This document shows, in pieces, positions 1-8,377 of a stretch of 32,000 bases of DNA. This stretch comes from Opitutia bacterium KCR 482 (GTDB lineage Bacteria > Verrucomicrobiota > Verrucomicrobiia > Opitutales > Intestinicryptomonadaceae). The translations under genes and the position numbers were made by a program. Numbering within the stretch: the first letter of the stretch is position 1; each line of letters opens with the position of its first letter. A model generated the notes under the pieces. The model saw nothing but the letters and a program-made list of their open reading frames with translations. It did no database searches and was not told the DNA's origin. The stretch spans positions 810,001-842,000 of the forward strand of contig CP149973.1 in assembly GCA_029269845.2 (NCBI GenBank), read 5' to 3'.

Positions 1-2
1 TC

Positions 3-1013
3 AAGCAGAAAGACTTGGCGGACGGAATGGAGCTTTCGATTGCGGGCGCGCTCAACGCCCGTTGGGAGGGATACCGCCCCACGATTAACTCCTACATGTA
101 CGGCGAATGCGCGGCGTTGGCGGAAATCGCGAAAATCCTCGGAAACGCGGGCGACGCCGAGCATTTCGGGCAAAAAGCGGCGGAGCTTAAAAAATCAATC
201 AACGAAATGCTGTGGAACAAAAACCTGCGCTTCTATGCGGTCATGCCCGCAAACGGCTACACGGGCGACCTCGCCGACGTGCGCGAGCTTCACGGCTACA
301 CGCCGTGGTATTTCGGCATTCCGCCCGAAGAATATTCCGACGCGTGGCGGCAGATTCTCGACCCCGACGGCTTCAAGGCGAAGTTCGGGCTGACTTCCGC
401 AGAGCGGCGCGACAGGCGTTTCAGACTGAATTACGTCGGGCATGAATGCCAGTGGAACGGCCCCGTGTGGCCGTTTGCGACGTCTATTACGCTGACGGCG
501 TTGGCGAATTTTCTCGGCGAATACAAAAGCCGCCCCGTGTCGAAAGACGACTTTTTCGACGCGCTCAGAACCTACGCGAAATCGCATACGCTGACGAAAC
601 CAGACGGCAAAAAAGTATTCTGGATTGACGAATCGCAACACCCCGACAACGGCGACTGGATTACCCGCACGCGCTATGTCCGCGGCGGCGACAAGGTTAA
701 AGCGTACTACAAGGAGCGCGGCAAAGACTACAACCACTCCACTTTCGCCGACATCGTAATTACGGGGCTTGTCGGGATTCGCCCGACGGCGGACTCGACG
801 CTGAAAATCAACCCGCTCGTCCCCGACGGCTGGAAGTACTTCCGCCTCGCAAACGTGCCCTACAAGGGCGCAAAGCTCACGGTTTTCTACGACGCCGACG
901 GCTCGCGCTACGGCGAGGGTTCGGGCTTCTTTGTTGTCGCCGACGGAAAGGTTTTGGCGCGCGCCGACAAGCCTCAAAAAACGGAAATCGAAAATTTCCC
1001 GAAAGGCGAATAA
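3..1013 (+). CDS. Glycoside hydrolase, (alpha/alpha)6 six-hairpin type, C-terminal part (5' end outside window)
   Basis: Frame 3 is open from nt 3 (KQKDLADGME...), so the 5' end lies outside the window; stop at 1011-1013. Motifs ELHGYTPWYFG and GHECQWNGPVWPFATSITL, followed by a beta-rich tail (GLVGIRPTADSTLKINPLVPDGW), resemble the catalytic barrel plus C-terminal sandwich of GH63/MGH1/trehalase-like enzymes. The exact GH family is not resolvable by eye. Confidence 0.6.
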   Translation, partial: KQKDLADGMELSIAGALNARWEGYRPTINSYMYGECAALAEIAKILGNAGDAEHFGQKAAELKKSINEMLWNKNLRFYAVMPANGYTGDLADVRELHGYTPWYFGIPPEEYSDAWRQILDPDGFKAKFGLTSAERRDRRFRLNYVGHECQWNGPVWPFATSITLTALANFLGEYKSRPVSKDDFFDALRTYAKSHTLTKPDGKKVFWIDESQHPDNGDWITRTRYVRGGDKVKAYYKERGKDYNHSTFADIVITGLVGIRPTADSTLKINPLVPDGWKYFRLANVPYKGAKLTVFYDADGSRYGEGSGFFVVADGKVLARADKPQKTEIENFPKGE

Positions 1014-1053
1014 ACTTAAACGCCGCGCCGCCCGCGCCGATAAAACAGGCGTT

Positions 1054-1443
1054 ATGAGAAAATTATCGGCTCTTGTGTTGGCGGTCGCAGCGGCGTTTAC
1101 GGCGTCCGCGCAGGCGGAAAAATCCACGGCGGACTATTATTATATAAAGAATTTTGCGGGCATAGGGGCGTCGGCGACGCTGTATGTGTCGGCGGCAAAA
1201 CCGCTGGCTATTTACTGCGACAACAACGTTGTGTGTTTCGAATGCAAAACGGTAGGCTCGGACGGCTCGTTCGGCGGGAAAATCCGCGTGCTCATGCCGC
1301 AGTGGCGCGCCGCCGCCTTCCGCGAAAAATACGCAAGACCCGCCACGCCCAAGCCGCTTTCGGGCACGATAAAAAAATACCAGTGGGGCGACGGAATCTC
1401 GACAATCGTGCTGTTCATAGAAAGCGACACCGCCGAAAAATAG
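1054..1443 (+). CDS. Small secreted hypothetical protein (signal peptide)
   Basis: Start moved to ATG 1054 (MRKLSALVLAVAAAFTASAQA/EK, classic signal peptide with AxA site). The ORF-track start at 931 overlaps the upstream gene and encodes a basic junk leader. No recognisable family. Confidence 0.55.
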   Translation: MRKLSALVLAVAAAFTASAQAEKSTADYYYIKNFAGIGASATLYVSAAKPLAIYCDNNVVCFECKTVGSDGSFGGKIRVLMPQWRAAAFREKYARPATPKPLSGTIKKYQWGDGISTIVLFIESDTAEK

Positions 1444-1755
1444 CGTGCCCTTGCGCGGATTTTACGCGCGTGCGAAAGCCCAGCGGAAGCGTCGGATTTG
1501 CGTTTTTGCCGAGGCGGCGCGTTTTGTTGAGGACTCATGCAGGCGAAGTGAAATGCGTAATTGCCAAAGACATGCGCGGCGGTCGCGCGATAAAAATCGC
1601 CTTTAATTCCACAAAATCTCAAAATTTATCGGCGATTTTTAGGCAAAATTATTCTTGTATTCCGCAAAAAGTCAGGCAGTTTTCTTGGGATTGTTCCGCG
1701 CGCGGAAATTCGGCACGGAATCATCTTTATTCTATCCATATCTCGAAAACTGCAT

Positions 1756-3375
1756 ATGAACACAAAAAAAGCATTGTTTGCATTCGCGGCGGCGGTCGCG
1801 GCGTTCTCGGCAAGCGGCGTTTACGCCGACCTCCCCGCGCCAACGACGCCCAACCCCGGCCTTAAATACTACTATCCCCTTCCCAAGTCGGAAAATCCCG
1901 TAGAAAACGAATACGACATCGTAGTCTACGGCGGCACGCCCGCGGGCGTCGGCGCGGCTTTGCAGGCGCGCCGCATGGGCAAAACCTCCGCGCTATACGT
2001 TTTCAGAAGACACGTCGGCGGCATGACGAGCGGCGGCCTCACGGAATCCGACATCGGCAAGAAAAGCTCGCTCGGCGGCGCGGTAGTCGAGTTCTACAAG
2101 AGACTCGGCAAATGGACGGGTTTCCGCCCGTCGGACGCCGAAAGGGTCTTCCTTGAAATGTTGCAGGAAGCCGGCGTTCCCGTCTACTTCGAACACCGCC
2201 TCGAAAAGGTCGAAAAGAAAGACGGCCGCATCACGAGGCTCGTTTTCGAAAACGGAAATTCAGCAAAGGGCAAAATGTTCGTAGACGGCACTTACGAGGG
2301 CGACCTCATGGCGATGGCGGGCGTTTCGTACATGCTCGGCCGCGAAGACAACGAACGCTTCGGAGAAACGTACAACGGCACATATTTCTCGAAACACAGC
2401 CACCTGCCCCGCCACGCGGTAGACCCCTATGTCGTCCCCGGCGACCCGTCGAGCGGACTCATCGAGGGTGTTGCGGACTCGAAAGTAGACGTTCTCGGCA
2501 AGGGCGACAAAAAGCTTCAGGCGTACTGTTTCAGAATGTGGGTTTCGAAAAAAGACCCGCACATCGAATGGCAGAAGCCCGCAAATTACAGACCCGAACG
2601 CTTCGAGCTTCTCAAACGCTACGTCAACGGCGCGCCCTCGACGTTCTGGAATCTCAGATACAGCACGGGGCCCGTCAAGCTCAACGAAGGCGACTGCAAC
2701 AACGCGGGCCCGATTTCCATCGACCACGTCGGCGCAAACTTCGGCTGGGTTGAGGCTTCGTACGCCGAACGCGAAAAAATCTTCCAAGACCACGTAGACT
2801 ACCAAATGGGCTTCATGTTCTTCCTCGCGAACGACTCGTCCGTTCCGAAGGAACTCCGCGACCGCGTTGCGGCGTTCGGCCCCGCGCTCTCCGAATTCCC
2901 CGAAACAAACCACTGGCCGCACGAACTTTACGTCCGCGAAGGCCGCCGCATGCTCTCCGACTACGTGATGACGCAGGCGGACTGCCAGGGCAAGAGGGTT
3001 GCGCCCGACTCCGTTGGCTTGGGCAGCTACCAGATGGACTCACACCACATCGAACGCGTCGTCCGCGACGGCAAGGTCGCCATGGAGGGCGGTTTCGAAA
3101 AACCCGTGAGAATCGCCTACCCCATCAGCTACCGCAGTCTCGTTCCGATGAAGTCGGAATGCCAGAACCTCTTTGTGCCGTTCGCGCTCTCGGCGTCGCA
3201 CGTGGCTTTCGGCTCAATCAGAATGGAGCCGAACGTAATGATTTTGGGTCAAAGCTCGGCTACGGCGGCGGCGATTGCAATCGACGACAACGTCGCGGTT
3301 CAGGACGTGGACTACCAGAAGCTCCGCGCCCGCCTCGTCAAGGACGGTCAGAAGCTTGACGGCTTCAAAAAATAG
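1756..3375 (+). CDS. Secreted FAD-dependent oxidoreductase
   Basis: Signal peptide MNTKKALFAFAAAVAAFSASGVYA, then the dinucleotide-binding fingerprint DIVVYGGTPAGVGAALQARRMG. The 539-aa length fits the FAD_oxidored-type family often found beside glycan-degrading genes. Confidence 0.75.
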   Translation: MNTKKALFAFAAAVAAFSASGVYADLPAPTTPNPGLKYYYPLPKSENPVENEYDIVVYGGTPAGVGAALQARRMGKTSALYVFRRHVGGMTSGGLTESDIGKKSSLGGAVVEFYKRLGKWTGFRPSDAERVFLEMLQEAGVPVYFEHRLEKVEKKDGRITRLVFENGNSAKGKMFVDGTYEGDLMAMAGVSYMLGREDNERFGETYNGTYFSKHSHLPRHAVDPYVVPGDPSSGLIEGVADSKVDVLGKGDKKLQAYCFRMWVSKKDPHIEWQKPANYRPERFELLKRYVNGAPSTFWNLRYSTGPVKLNEGDCNNAGPISIDHVGANFGWVEASYAEREKIFQDHVDYQMGFMFFLANDSSVPKELRDRVAAFGPALSEFPETNHWPHELYVREGRRMLSDYVMTQADCQGKRVAPDSVGLGSYQMDSHHIERVVRDGKVAMEGGFEKPVRIAYPISYRSLVPMKSECQNLFVPFALSASHVAFGSIRMEPNVMILGQSSATAAAIAIDDNVAVQDVDYQKLRARLVKDGQKLDGFKK

Positions 3376-3391
3376 TCGATTTTACTCCCAG

Positions 3392-3422
3392 CGCGCCGAT
3401 AAAAAATCGGCGCGTTTTTTTT
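3392..3422 (+). terminator. Rho-independent terminator after the oxidoreductase gene
   Basis: 9-bp stem CGCGCCGAT (3392-3400) / ATCGGCGCG (3406-3414), AAAAA loop, then 8 T (3415-3422). Confidence 0.8.
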
Positions 3423-3486
3423 GCGACAAAAGCTTTGCAAAACAAATTAGACGCATCTAACTTACTGCAAAAATTTCAAAATCGAT

Positions 3487-5517
3487 ATGGATAACGAAAG
3501 CGAAAAACACGGTCATTCGTGCTGCTGCGGGCACAAGCACGAAGAGGAACTTCACAGCTGCTGCGGCGGACACGCCGCGGGCGGAATGCACTCGTGCTGC
3601 TCGGGCGGCGGAAAAAAATACGTTCCGACGTCCGTAAAGCTCTGGCTGTCGGGGCTGTCGCTCGTGGCGGGATTCGTTCTCTCGAAAACTTGGGCGGGAT
3701 TTTCGCCGCTCGCCGACCCGTCGTGGATTGCGGTGGCGCTTTGCGGACTGCCGATTTTCGCCGCGGCGCGAAACGCCCTCGAAAACGGAAGAATCGGCGC
3801 GCCGGCGCTCGTTTCGCTTGCGATGATTGCGACTATCGCGCTTCAATTCGCGGTCGAATGCGGCGCGGAATCGGGCGGAGGACACGGCGGGCACGGGTAC
3901 ATTTTTGCGGCGGGCGAAATCGCGTTTCTGATGGCGTGCGGAGAGGCTCTCGAAGAAAGAACGGTCGGACGCGCCAAGCGGGGGGTTCGCAGGCTCGCGG
4001 AGCTTGCGCCCAAAACCGCGTTCGTGAAAAATCCCGACGGCTCGCTTCGGGAAAAACCGATTTCGGAGCTGAGCGCGGGCGATATTGTGGCGGTCAAGCC
4101 GCACTCGGCAATCCCCGCCGACGGCACGATTGTTGTTGGGCGCACTTCCGTCGACCAGTCGAACTTCACGGGCGAATCAATGCCCGCCGACAAGGCGGAG
4201 GGCGACCGCGTGTTTGCCGCAACGACAAACCTTTCGGGCGCGATTGAAGTGCGAGTCGAAAAAGCGGGCGGCGACTCCGAAGCGGGAAAGCTTGCGCGGC
4301 TTGTCGAGGAGGCGGCGGGCACGCGCGCGCCGATTTCGCGCATCGCAAACGTCTGGGCGGGGCGGCTCGTGGTTGTGGCGCTGCTCGCGTCGGTCGCGGT
4401 ATTTTTCATCGTAAAATTCGGCTTCGGACTGTCGGCGATGACGGCTCTTGTGAGGTCGGCAACCGCGCTCGTTGTGTTCTGCCCGTGCGCGTTCGTGCTC
4501 GCGACGCCGACGGCGATTGCCGCAACCATCGGCAGGTTCGCAAGGCTCGGCGTAATCGTTAAAAGCGGCGCGGCGATAGAAACGCTCGCGAAAACCGACA
4601 CTCTCGTTTTCGACAAGACGGGCACGCTCACAAAGGGCGAAATCAAGGTGGCTGGAATCATAGCTTGCGACGGCGACGCACGCGCCCTCGCAAGGCTTGC
4701 CGCGTCCGCCGAACGGCTCTCGGAGCACCCCATTGCGGCGGCAATCTCCGAATTCGCTAGGGCGGAAAAAATCGAGGCTTTGCCCGCCGAAAATTTCGTG
4801 TCCGTTCCCGGTCGCGGGATTTCGTGCGAGACCGCCCTCGGAAAAATCGAAGTCTGCAAGCGCGGCGCGTTTGCGGGCGAAATAGAAGGCTCGAAAATAC
4901 TCTCGGATTTCGAAAAACAGCACGGCGGCGAAACGCTTGTAGCGGTCGCGCTCGACGGCAATTTGCGCGGGCTTATCGCGCTCGGCGACACGCTCAGAGG
5001 CGAGGCGAAAACCGCGGTAGACGAGTTGCGCGCGCTCTCCATTGACGCCGAAATGCTCACGGGCGACAACGAGGCCGCCGCAAAGGCTGTCGCCGATGCC
5101 GTAGGCATTGCGAAATTTTCGGCAAACGCCATGCCCGCCGACAAATTCAACGAGGTCGAACGCCTGGCAAAAAGCGGCAGGACCGTCTGCATGGTGGGCG
5201 ACGGCGTAAACGACGCCCCAGCCCTCGCCGCCGCAAACGCATCGGTTGCGATGGGGAAAATCGGCAACGACATGGCGGTCGAAAACGCCGACATCACACT
5301 GCTCTCCGACGGAATAGCCGAAATACCGCGCATTATCAAATTCTCGCGCAAAACAATGGCGGTTATCAAAACTAACATGGGCATTTCGCTCACGGTTAGC
5401 GCGCTCGCAATCACGGCCTCCGCTTTCGGTCTCCTCGACCCCGTCTCGGGCGCACTCCTCCACAACCTCTCCTCAATCTTCGTAGTCTCCAACTCCGCCA
5501 GACTGAGCGGACAATAA
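3487..5517 (+). CDS. P1B-type heavy-metal-translocating ATPase (metal specificity unresolved)
   Basis: DKTGTLT phosphorylation motif, CPC membrane metal site (VVFCPCAFVLATP), actuator TGES (FTGESMP), hinge GDGVNDAPAL. A Cys/His-rich N-terminal tail is present instead of an obvious HMA domain. Confidence 0.9.
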   Translation: MDNESEKHGHSCCCGHKHEEELHSCCGGHAAGGMHSCCSGGGKKYVPTSVKLWLSGLSLVAGFVLSKTWAGFSPLADPSWIAVALCGLPIFAAARNALENGRIGAPALVSLAMIATIALQFAVECGAESGGGHGGHGYIFAAGEIAFLMACGEALEERTVGRAKRGVRRLAELAPKTAFVKNPDGSLREKPISELSAGDIVAVKPHSAIPADGTIVVGRTSVDQSNFTGESMPADKAEGDRVFAATTNLSGAIEVRVEKAGGDSEAGKLARLVEEAAGTRAPISRIANVWAGRLVVVALLASVAVFFIVKFGFGLSAMTALVRSATALVVFCPCAFVLATPTAIAATIGRFARLGVIVKSGAAIETLAKTDTLVFDKTGTLTKGEIKVAGIIACDGDARALARLAASAERLSEHPIAAAISEFARAEKIEALPAENFVSVPGRGISCETALGKIEVCKRGAFAGEIEGSKILSDFEKQHGGETLVAVALDGNLRGLIALGDTLRGEAKTAVDELRALSIDAEMLTGDNEAAAKAVADAVGIAKFSANAMPADKFNEVERLAKSGRTVCMVGDGVNDAPALAAANASVAMGKIGNDMAVENADITLLSDGIAEIPRIIKFSRKTMAVIKTNMGISLTVSALAITASAFGLLDPVSGALLHNLSSIFVVSNSARLSGQ

Positions 5518-5548
5518 GGCGGGAGCAATATGCGACGCCTGGCGGAGC

Positions 5549-5641
5549 TTCGCTCATTTCTGCGATAATTCGGCGCGGCTACAACCGCGCCTTTTCTCTT
5601 TTAGCCCGTATTGGCTTCGCCAATTACTGGCGTTGGGAAAT
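5549..5641. repeat. Left copy of 93-bp imperfect direct repeat bracketing the phage-like cluster
   Basis: Aligns without indels to 13129-13221 (offset exactly 7580 bp), 82 of 93 positions identical by hand count. 5607-5641 is a perfect 35-nt match. Weaker similarity with indels continues to ~5690 / ~13296. Confidence 0.9.
5572..5597 (+). terminator. Terminator-like hairpin inside left repeat (downstream of ATPase gene)
   Basis: GGCGCGG (5572-5578) / CCGCGCC (5585-5591), 6-nt loop, followed by TTTTCT. Confidence 0.6.
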
Positions 5642-5737
5642 CTTTTAGTTTGGCGGGAAACAAATAGCGCGCATTGCGCGACGGAAATCGAAAAAGTATC
5701 AAAAAATGTAGTTTTATCAAAAGTTCCCAAAGTAAAT

Positions 5738-5766
5738 TTGCCGACGCGCCCTGTCCGTGATATTCT
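5738..5766 (+). promoter_or_regulatory. Candidate sigma70-like promoter upstream of portal gene
   Basis: TTGCCG (5738-5743), 17-nt spacer, TATTCT (5761-5766). This would give a nearly leaderless transcript (ATG at 5774). Weak match; promoter rules for this taxon are unknown. Confidence 0.2.
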
Positions 5767-5773
5767 GGGACGC

Positions 5774-6961
5774 ATGAATGCAAAAGGCAACAATCCCACG
5801 ATAAGTTCGCGCTTCCTGAGGGCGCGATTCAACACGATTAAAAACCTGCGCCCCGATACGCTCTCCCGCGCCCTCGAAGAATTCGAAGCCGGAAGGCTCG
5901 GAACGGCGGCTCGAATGTTCGAGGCAATTCTGCGCCGCGACGACGTAATTTGCGGGCTGAACCTCAAACGCAAAAAATCGATAGCGCGGCTCGAATGCGA
6001 AATCGTCGTAAGCGAAAATTCGCAGAGGGCGTTCGAGCACAAAAAGATTCTGTCCGACTTCTATTCGTCGCTCGAAGCAAGGAGCGCGACCGACAAAAAC
6101 GAGCGCGGCGGGCTTCGCATGCTCGTCTCGCAGATGATGGACGCTGTCGCGATGAAATACTCGGCGCACAAAATTTCGTTTTCCGAAAAGAACGGGAAAA
6201 TCCGCGGGGTGTTCGAGCAATACCCGCTCTGGCTCTTCGAAAACACGAGCGGCAAACTGAGGCTGCTCGAACGCGAGGGGCAGCTCGCCGACGGCGCGCC
6301 GCTCGACGAGGGCGAATGGCTCATCACCTGCGGCGACGGTCTGATGACGGCGTCGTCAATCGCATACATTTTCAAACAACTGCCGCTCAAAGACTGGCTC
6401 ATCTACTGCGAGCGCAACGGCATGCCGGGGATTAAGGCGAAAACCGACGCCTTCCCAGACTCGCCCCAGTGGGAGGCGGCGTGCGAGGCCGTCGCCGATT
6501 TCGGCGCGGAATTCCACGCTGTGCTTTCGGAGGGCACGGACATAGAGGCAATCGACGTTTCCACAAAGGGCGAGCTGCCCTACCCCGCGCTCGTCGAACG
6601 CGTAGACAGAATGCTCTGCGCCCTCTGGCGCGGCAGCGACCTCAACACAATCAGCGGCGACAACAGGCAGGGCGCGAGCGTGCAGTGGTACGAAAGCTCG
6701 CTCATAGAGGAGGCCGACGCCGCGCTTGTAGGCGACACGCTCAACCGCTGTGTGGACGCGCAGGTAATCAGGCTTGCGACGGGCGACGAAACGCCGCTTG
6801 CGAAATTCAGGCTGAAACTGCCCGACTACGAAATGCACAAGTGCGAGCTTGAAATCATCGAACGCCTCGCCGCCCTCGGACTCTCGCCCGACAAAACCGA
6901 ACTCGCGCGGAGGTTCGCATTCCCCGCTTCAAACAAAAAGGAATCCAATGAAATCGGATAG
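5774..6961 (+). CDS. Phage portal protein, DUF935 / Mu gp29-like
   Basis: Start moved to ATG 5774 (MNAKGNNPT...) because 5633-5773 overlaps the non-coding repeat that recurs at 13129-13296 without an ORF. The segment LRPDTLSRALEEFEAGRLGTAARMFEAILRRDDVICGLNLKRKKSI matches my recollection of the DUF935 portal N-terminus. Its 395 aa and first position in a capsid module agree. Confidence 0.7.
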   Translation: MNAKGNNPTISSRFLRARFNTIKNLRPDTLSRALEEFEAGRLGTAARMFEAILRRDDVICGLNLKRKKSIARLECEIVVSENSQRAFEHKKILSDFYSSLEARSATDKNERGGLRMLVSQMMDAVAMKYSAHKISFSEKNGKIRGVFEQYPLWLFENTSGKLRLLEREGQLADGAPLDEGEWLITCGDGLMTASSIAYIFKQLPLKDWLIYCERNGMPGIKAKTDAFPDSPQWEAACEAVADFGAEFHAVLSEGTDIEAIDVSTKGELPYPALVERVDRMLCALWRGSDLNTISGDNRQGASVQWYESSLIEEADAALVGDTLNRCVDAQVIRLATGDETPLAKFRLKLPDYEMHKCELEIIERLAALGLSPDKTELARRFAFPASNKKESNEIG

Positions 6962-7637
6962 GGAGCTTTTGCAGGTGCTTTGCCCCTTCGGAGAATGGCC
7001 GCACGCAAAGGGCATGCAGGTTGTCGACGAAGAGTCGGCGCGGAAAATGAAACGCGCGGCGGCTTGGAGCGCGGCGGTCGGCATTCCGATTTACGTCGGA
7101 CACCCCGACGACGAGGGAATCAGGGCGGAGGCGGTGGGGCGCATAAAGCGCATATGCCCGACAAACGACGGCATCGCGGTCGTGGCGGCGTACCCGCAAA
7201 AAACCTACGAGAAAATAGTGAGGGGAGAATTTTCGGCGATGTCGCCGCGCTGGCGAATGCAGAAGCTCGGCGACGGCAGATACCGCCCCGTGAAGCTCCT
7301 GTCGGTAGGTCTTACGAACAACCCGAACATTTCCGAAAGCGGAAAAATTCTCGGCTTCGGCGGGCGCGGTTTGGCGCAAACTGCCGAACGCTCCCGCGCG
7401 GCGATGGCGAAAATGGGAAAGCTCGCGGAGGAAATAGAAATCTGCGCGGAAAAGGCGGAGTCGCTCAGAAAAAGCGCGGCGGCGGCGACAATCTCGGAAC
7501 GGCTGGCGGCGCGGAAAAACGCCGACGAACGCCCCGAAAGGAGGCTTGCCGAACTTGCGCTCGAACGGTCGCGCAGACTCGGCGAGCCGTACACGAAAAG
7601 CTTTGCGGCGGTAAAAAAACAGAAACTCAACGGATAG
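6948..7637 (+). CDS. Head maturation protease/scaffold, Mu gpI-like
   Basis: Start at ATG 6948 with AAGGA 5 nt upstream, overlapping the portal stop by 14 nt. The N-terminus LQVLCPFGEWPHAKGMQVVDEESARKM...IPIYVGHPDD resembles Mu-like prophage protein I. The C-terminal third is an Ala/Glu/Arg/Lys-rich probable coiled coil, as in scaffold domains. Confidence 0.65.
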   Translation: MKSDRELLQVLCPFGEWPHAKGMQVVDEESARKMKRAAAWSAAVGIPIYVGHPDDEGIRAEAVGRIKRICPTNDGIAVVAAYPQKTYEKIVRGEFSAMSPRWRMQKLGDGRYRPVKLLSVGLTNNPNISESGKILGFGGRGLAQTAERSRAAMAKMGKLAEEIEICAEKAESLRKSAAAATISERLAARKNADERPERRLAELALERSRRLGEPYTKSFAAVKKQKLNG

Positions 7638-7677
7638 CACTAAAAATCCGTCCGCATAAAAAACAACAGGAAATAAT

Positions 7678-8373
7678 ATGACAGACAACAGACAAAAACT
7701 GTCCGCGCGGCTCGCAGAAGGCCTCCGCGCGGCGTTCGAACGCAAGCCCGCGTTCTGCAACATCGCAGACGGCACGCACGCAGGCTCGATTACAATGGTC
7801 GCGGAGGAATCCGTAGACAACGCGTACCTCGTGGTAAAGGCGGGCGCAAACGACGGCGGCTTCGCGGTTGCGGGCGCGGCGGACAAGCCTTTCGGAGTGT
7901 GCTCCGACGAGGGCGCAAAAGGCGAAAGGCTCGCGGTGATTCTGCCCGCAAGCGCGGAAAGCACAATCATGTGCCGCGCGGCGACCGACATTCCCGCGGG
8001 AGCAAGCGTATACACGTCGGCAAACGGCAAGGTTTCGGCGGCGGCGGCGGACGGCTCGTACAAAGTGGGCGTCGCGGTGTGCTCGGCGGTTTCCGGCGGG
8101 CTTGCGGAAATCGACCCGCAGGGCTTCGGCGAATCGGCGTGGAAGCTCGCCGCGTGCGGCGTGCACGAATGGACTACGGCGACAACTTCGGACTCCCTCG
8201 AATTTTCGGGGCTTAACTCCGACAGCGTTGTAATCGCCGCCGTTCAAAGCGCGGGAGGCTCGGAAAAGACGGTAAAGGCCGCGGCGTCTACGTCGGGCAT
8301 AAGCTTCACGCTCGACGCGAACGGCACGGCTGGCTCCACGAAAATCGCATGGATTGCAATAAGCAAAAACTAA
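7678..8373 (+). CDS. Head decoration / capsid-associated protein (DUF2190-like N-terminal domain plus C-terminal beta-rich domain)
   Basis: AGGA 8 nt upstream of the ATG. A Gly/Ala/Val-rich beta pattern (KPFGVCSDEGAKGERLAVILPASAESTIMCRAATDIPAGASVYTSANGKV) is typical of DUF2190 proteins found between protease and capsid genes. The extra ~95-aa C-terminal Ser/Thr/Ala-rich part is possibly Ig-like. Confidence 0.5.
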   Translation: MTDNRQKLSARLAEGLRAAFERKPAFCNIADGTHAGSITMVAEESVDNAYLVVKAGANDGGFAVAGAADKPFGVCSDEGAKGERLAVILPASAESTIMCRAATDIPAGASVYTSANGKVSAAAADGSYKVGVAVCSAVSGGLAEIDPQGFGESAWKLAACGVHEWTTATTSDSLEFSGLNSDSVVIAAVQSAGGSEKTVKAAASTSGISFTLDANGTAGSTKIAWIAISKN

Positions 8374-8377
8374 TATC

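Noticed and set aside
3843-5528. 561-aa minus-strand ORF (with 4177-5463 in another frame) opposite the P-type ATPase
   Set aside because: Ser/Ala/Pro/Arg-rich shadow frames. The plus-strand ATPase has all canonical motifs.
5633-5773. N-terminal 47-aa extension of the portal ORF (ORF-track start 5633)
   Set aside because: The start of this stretch lies in the direct repeat and the next ~50 nt in its weaker extension (to ~5690), and the counterpart at 13129-13296 recurs with no ORF. The encoded peptide has no portal-like character. ATG 5774 gives a sensible N-terminus.
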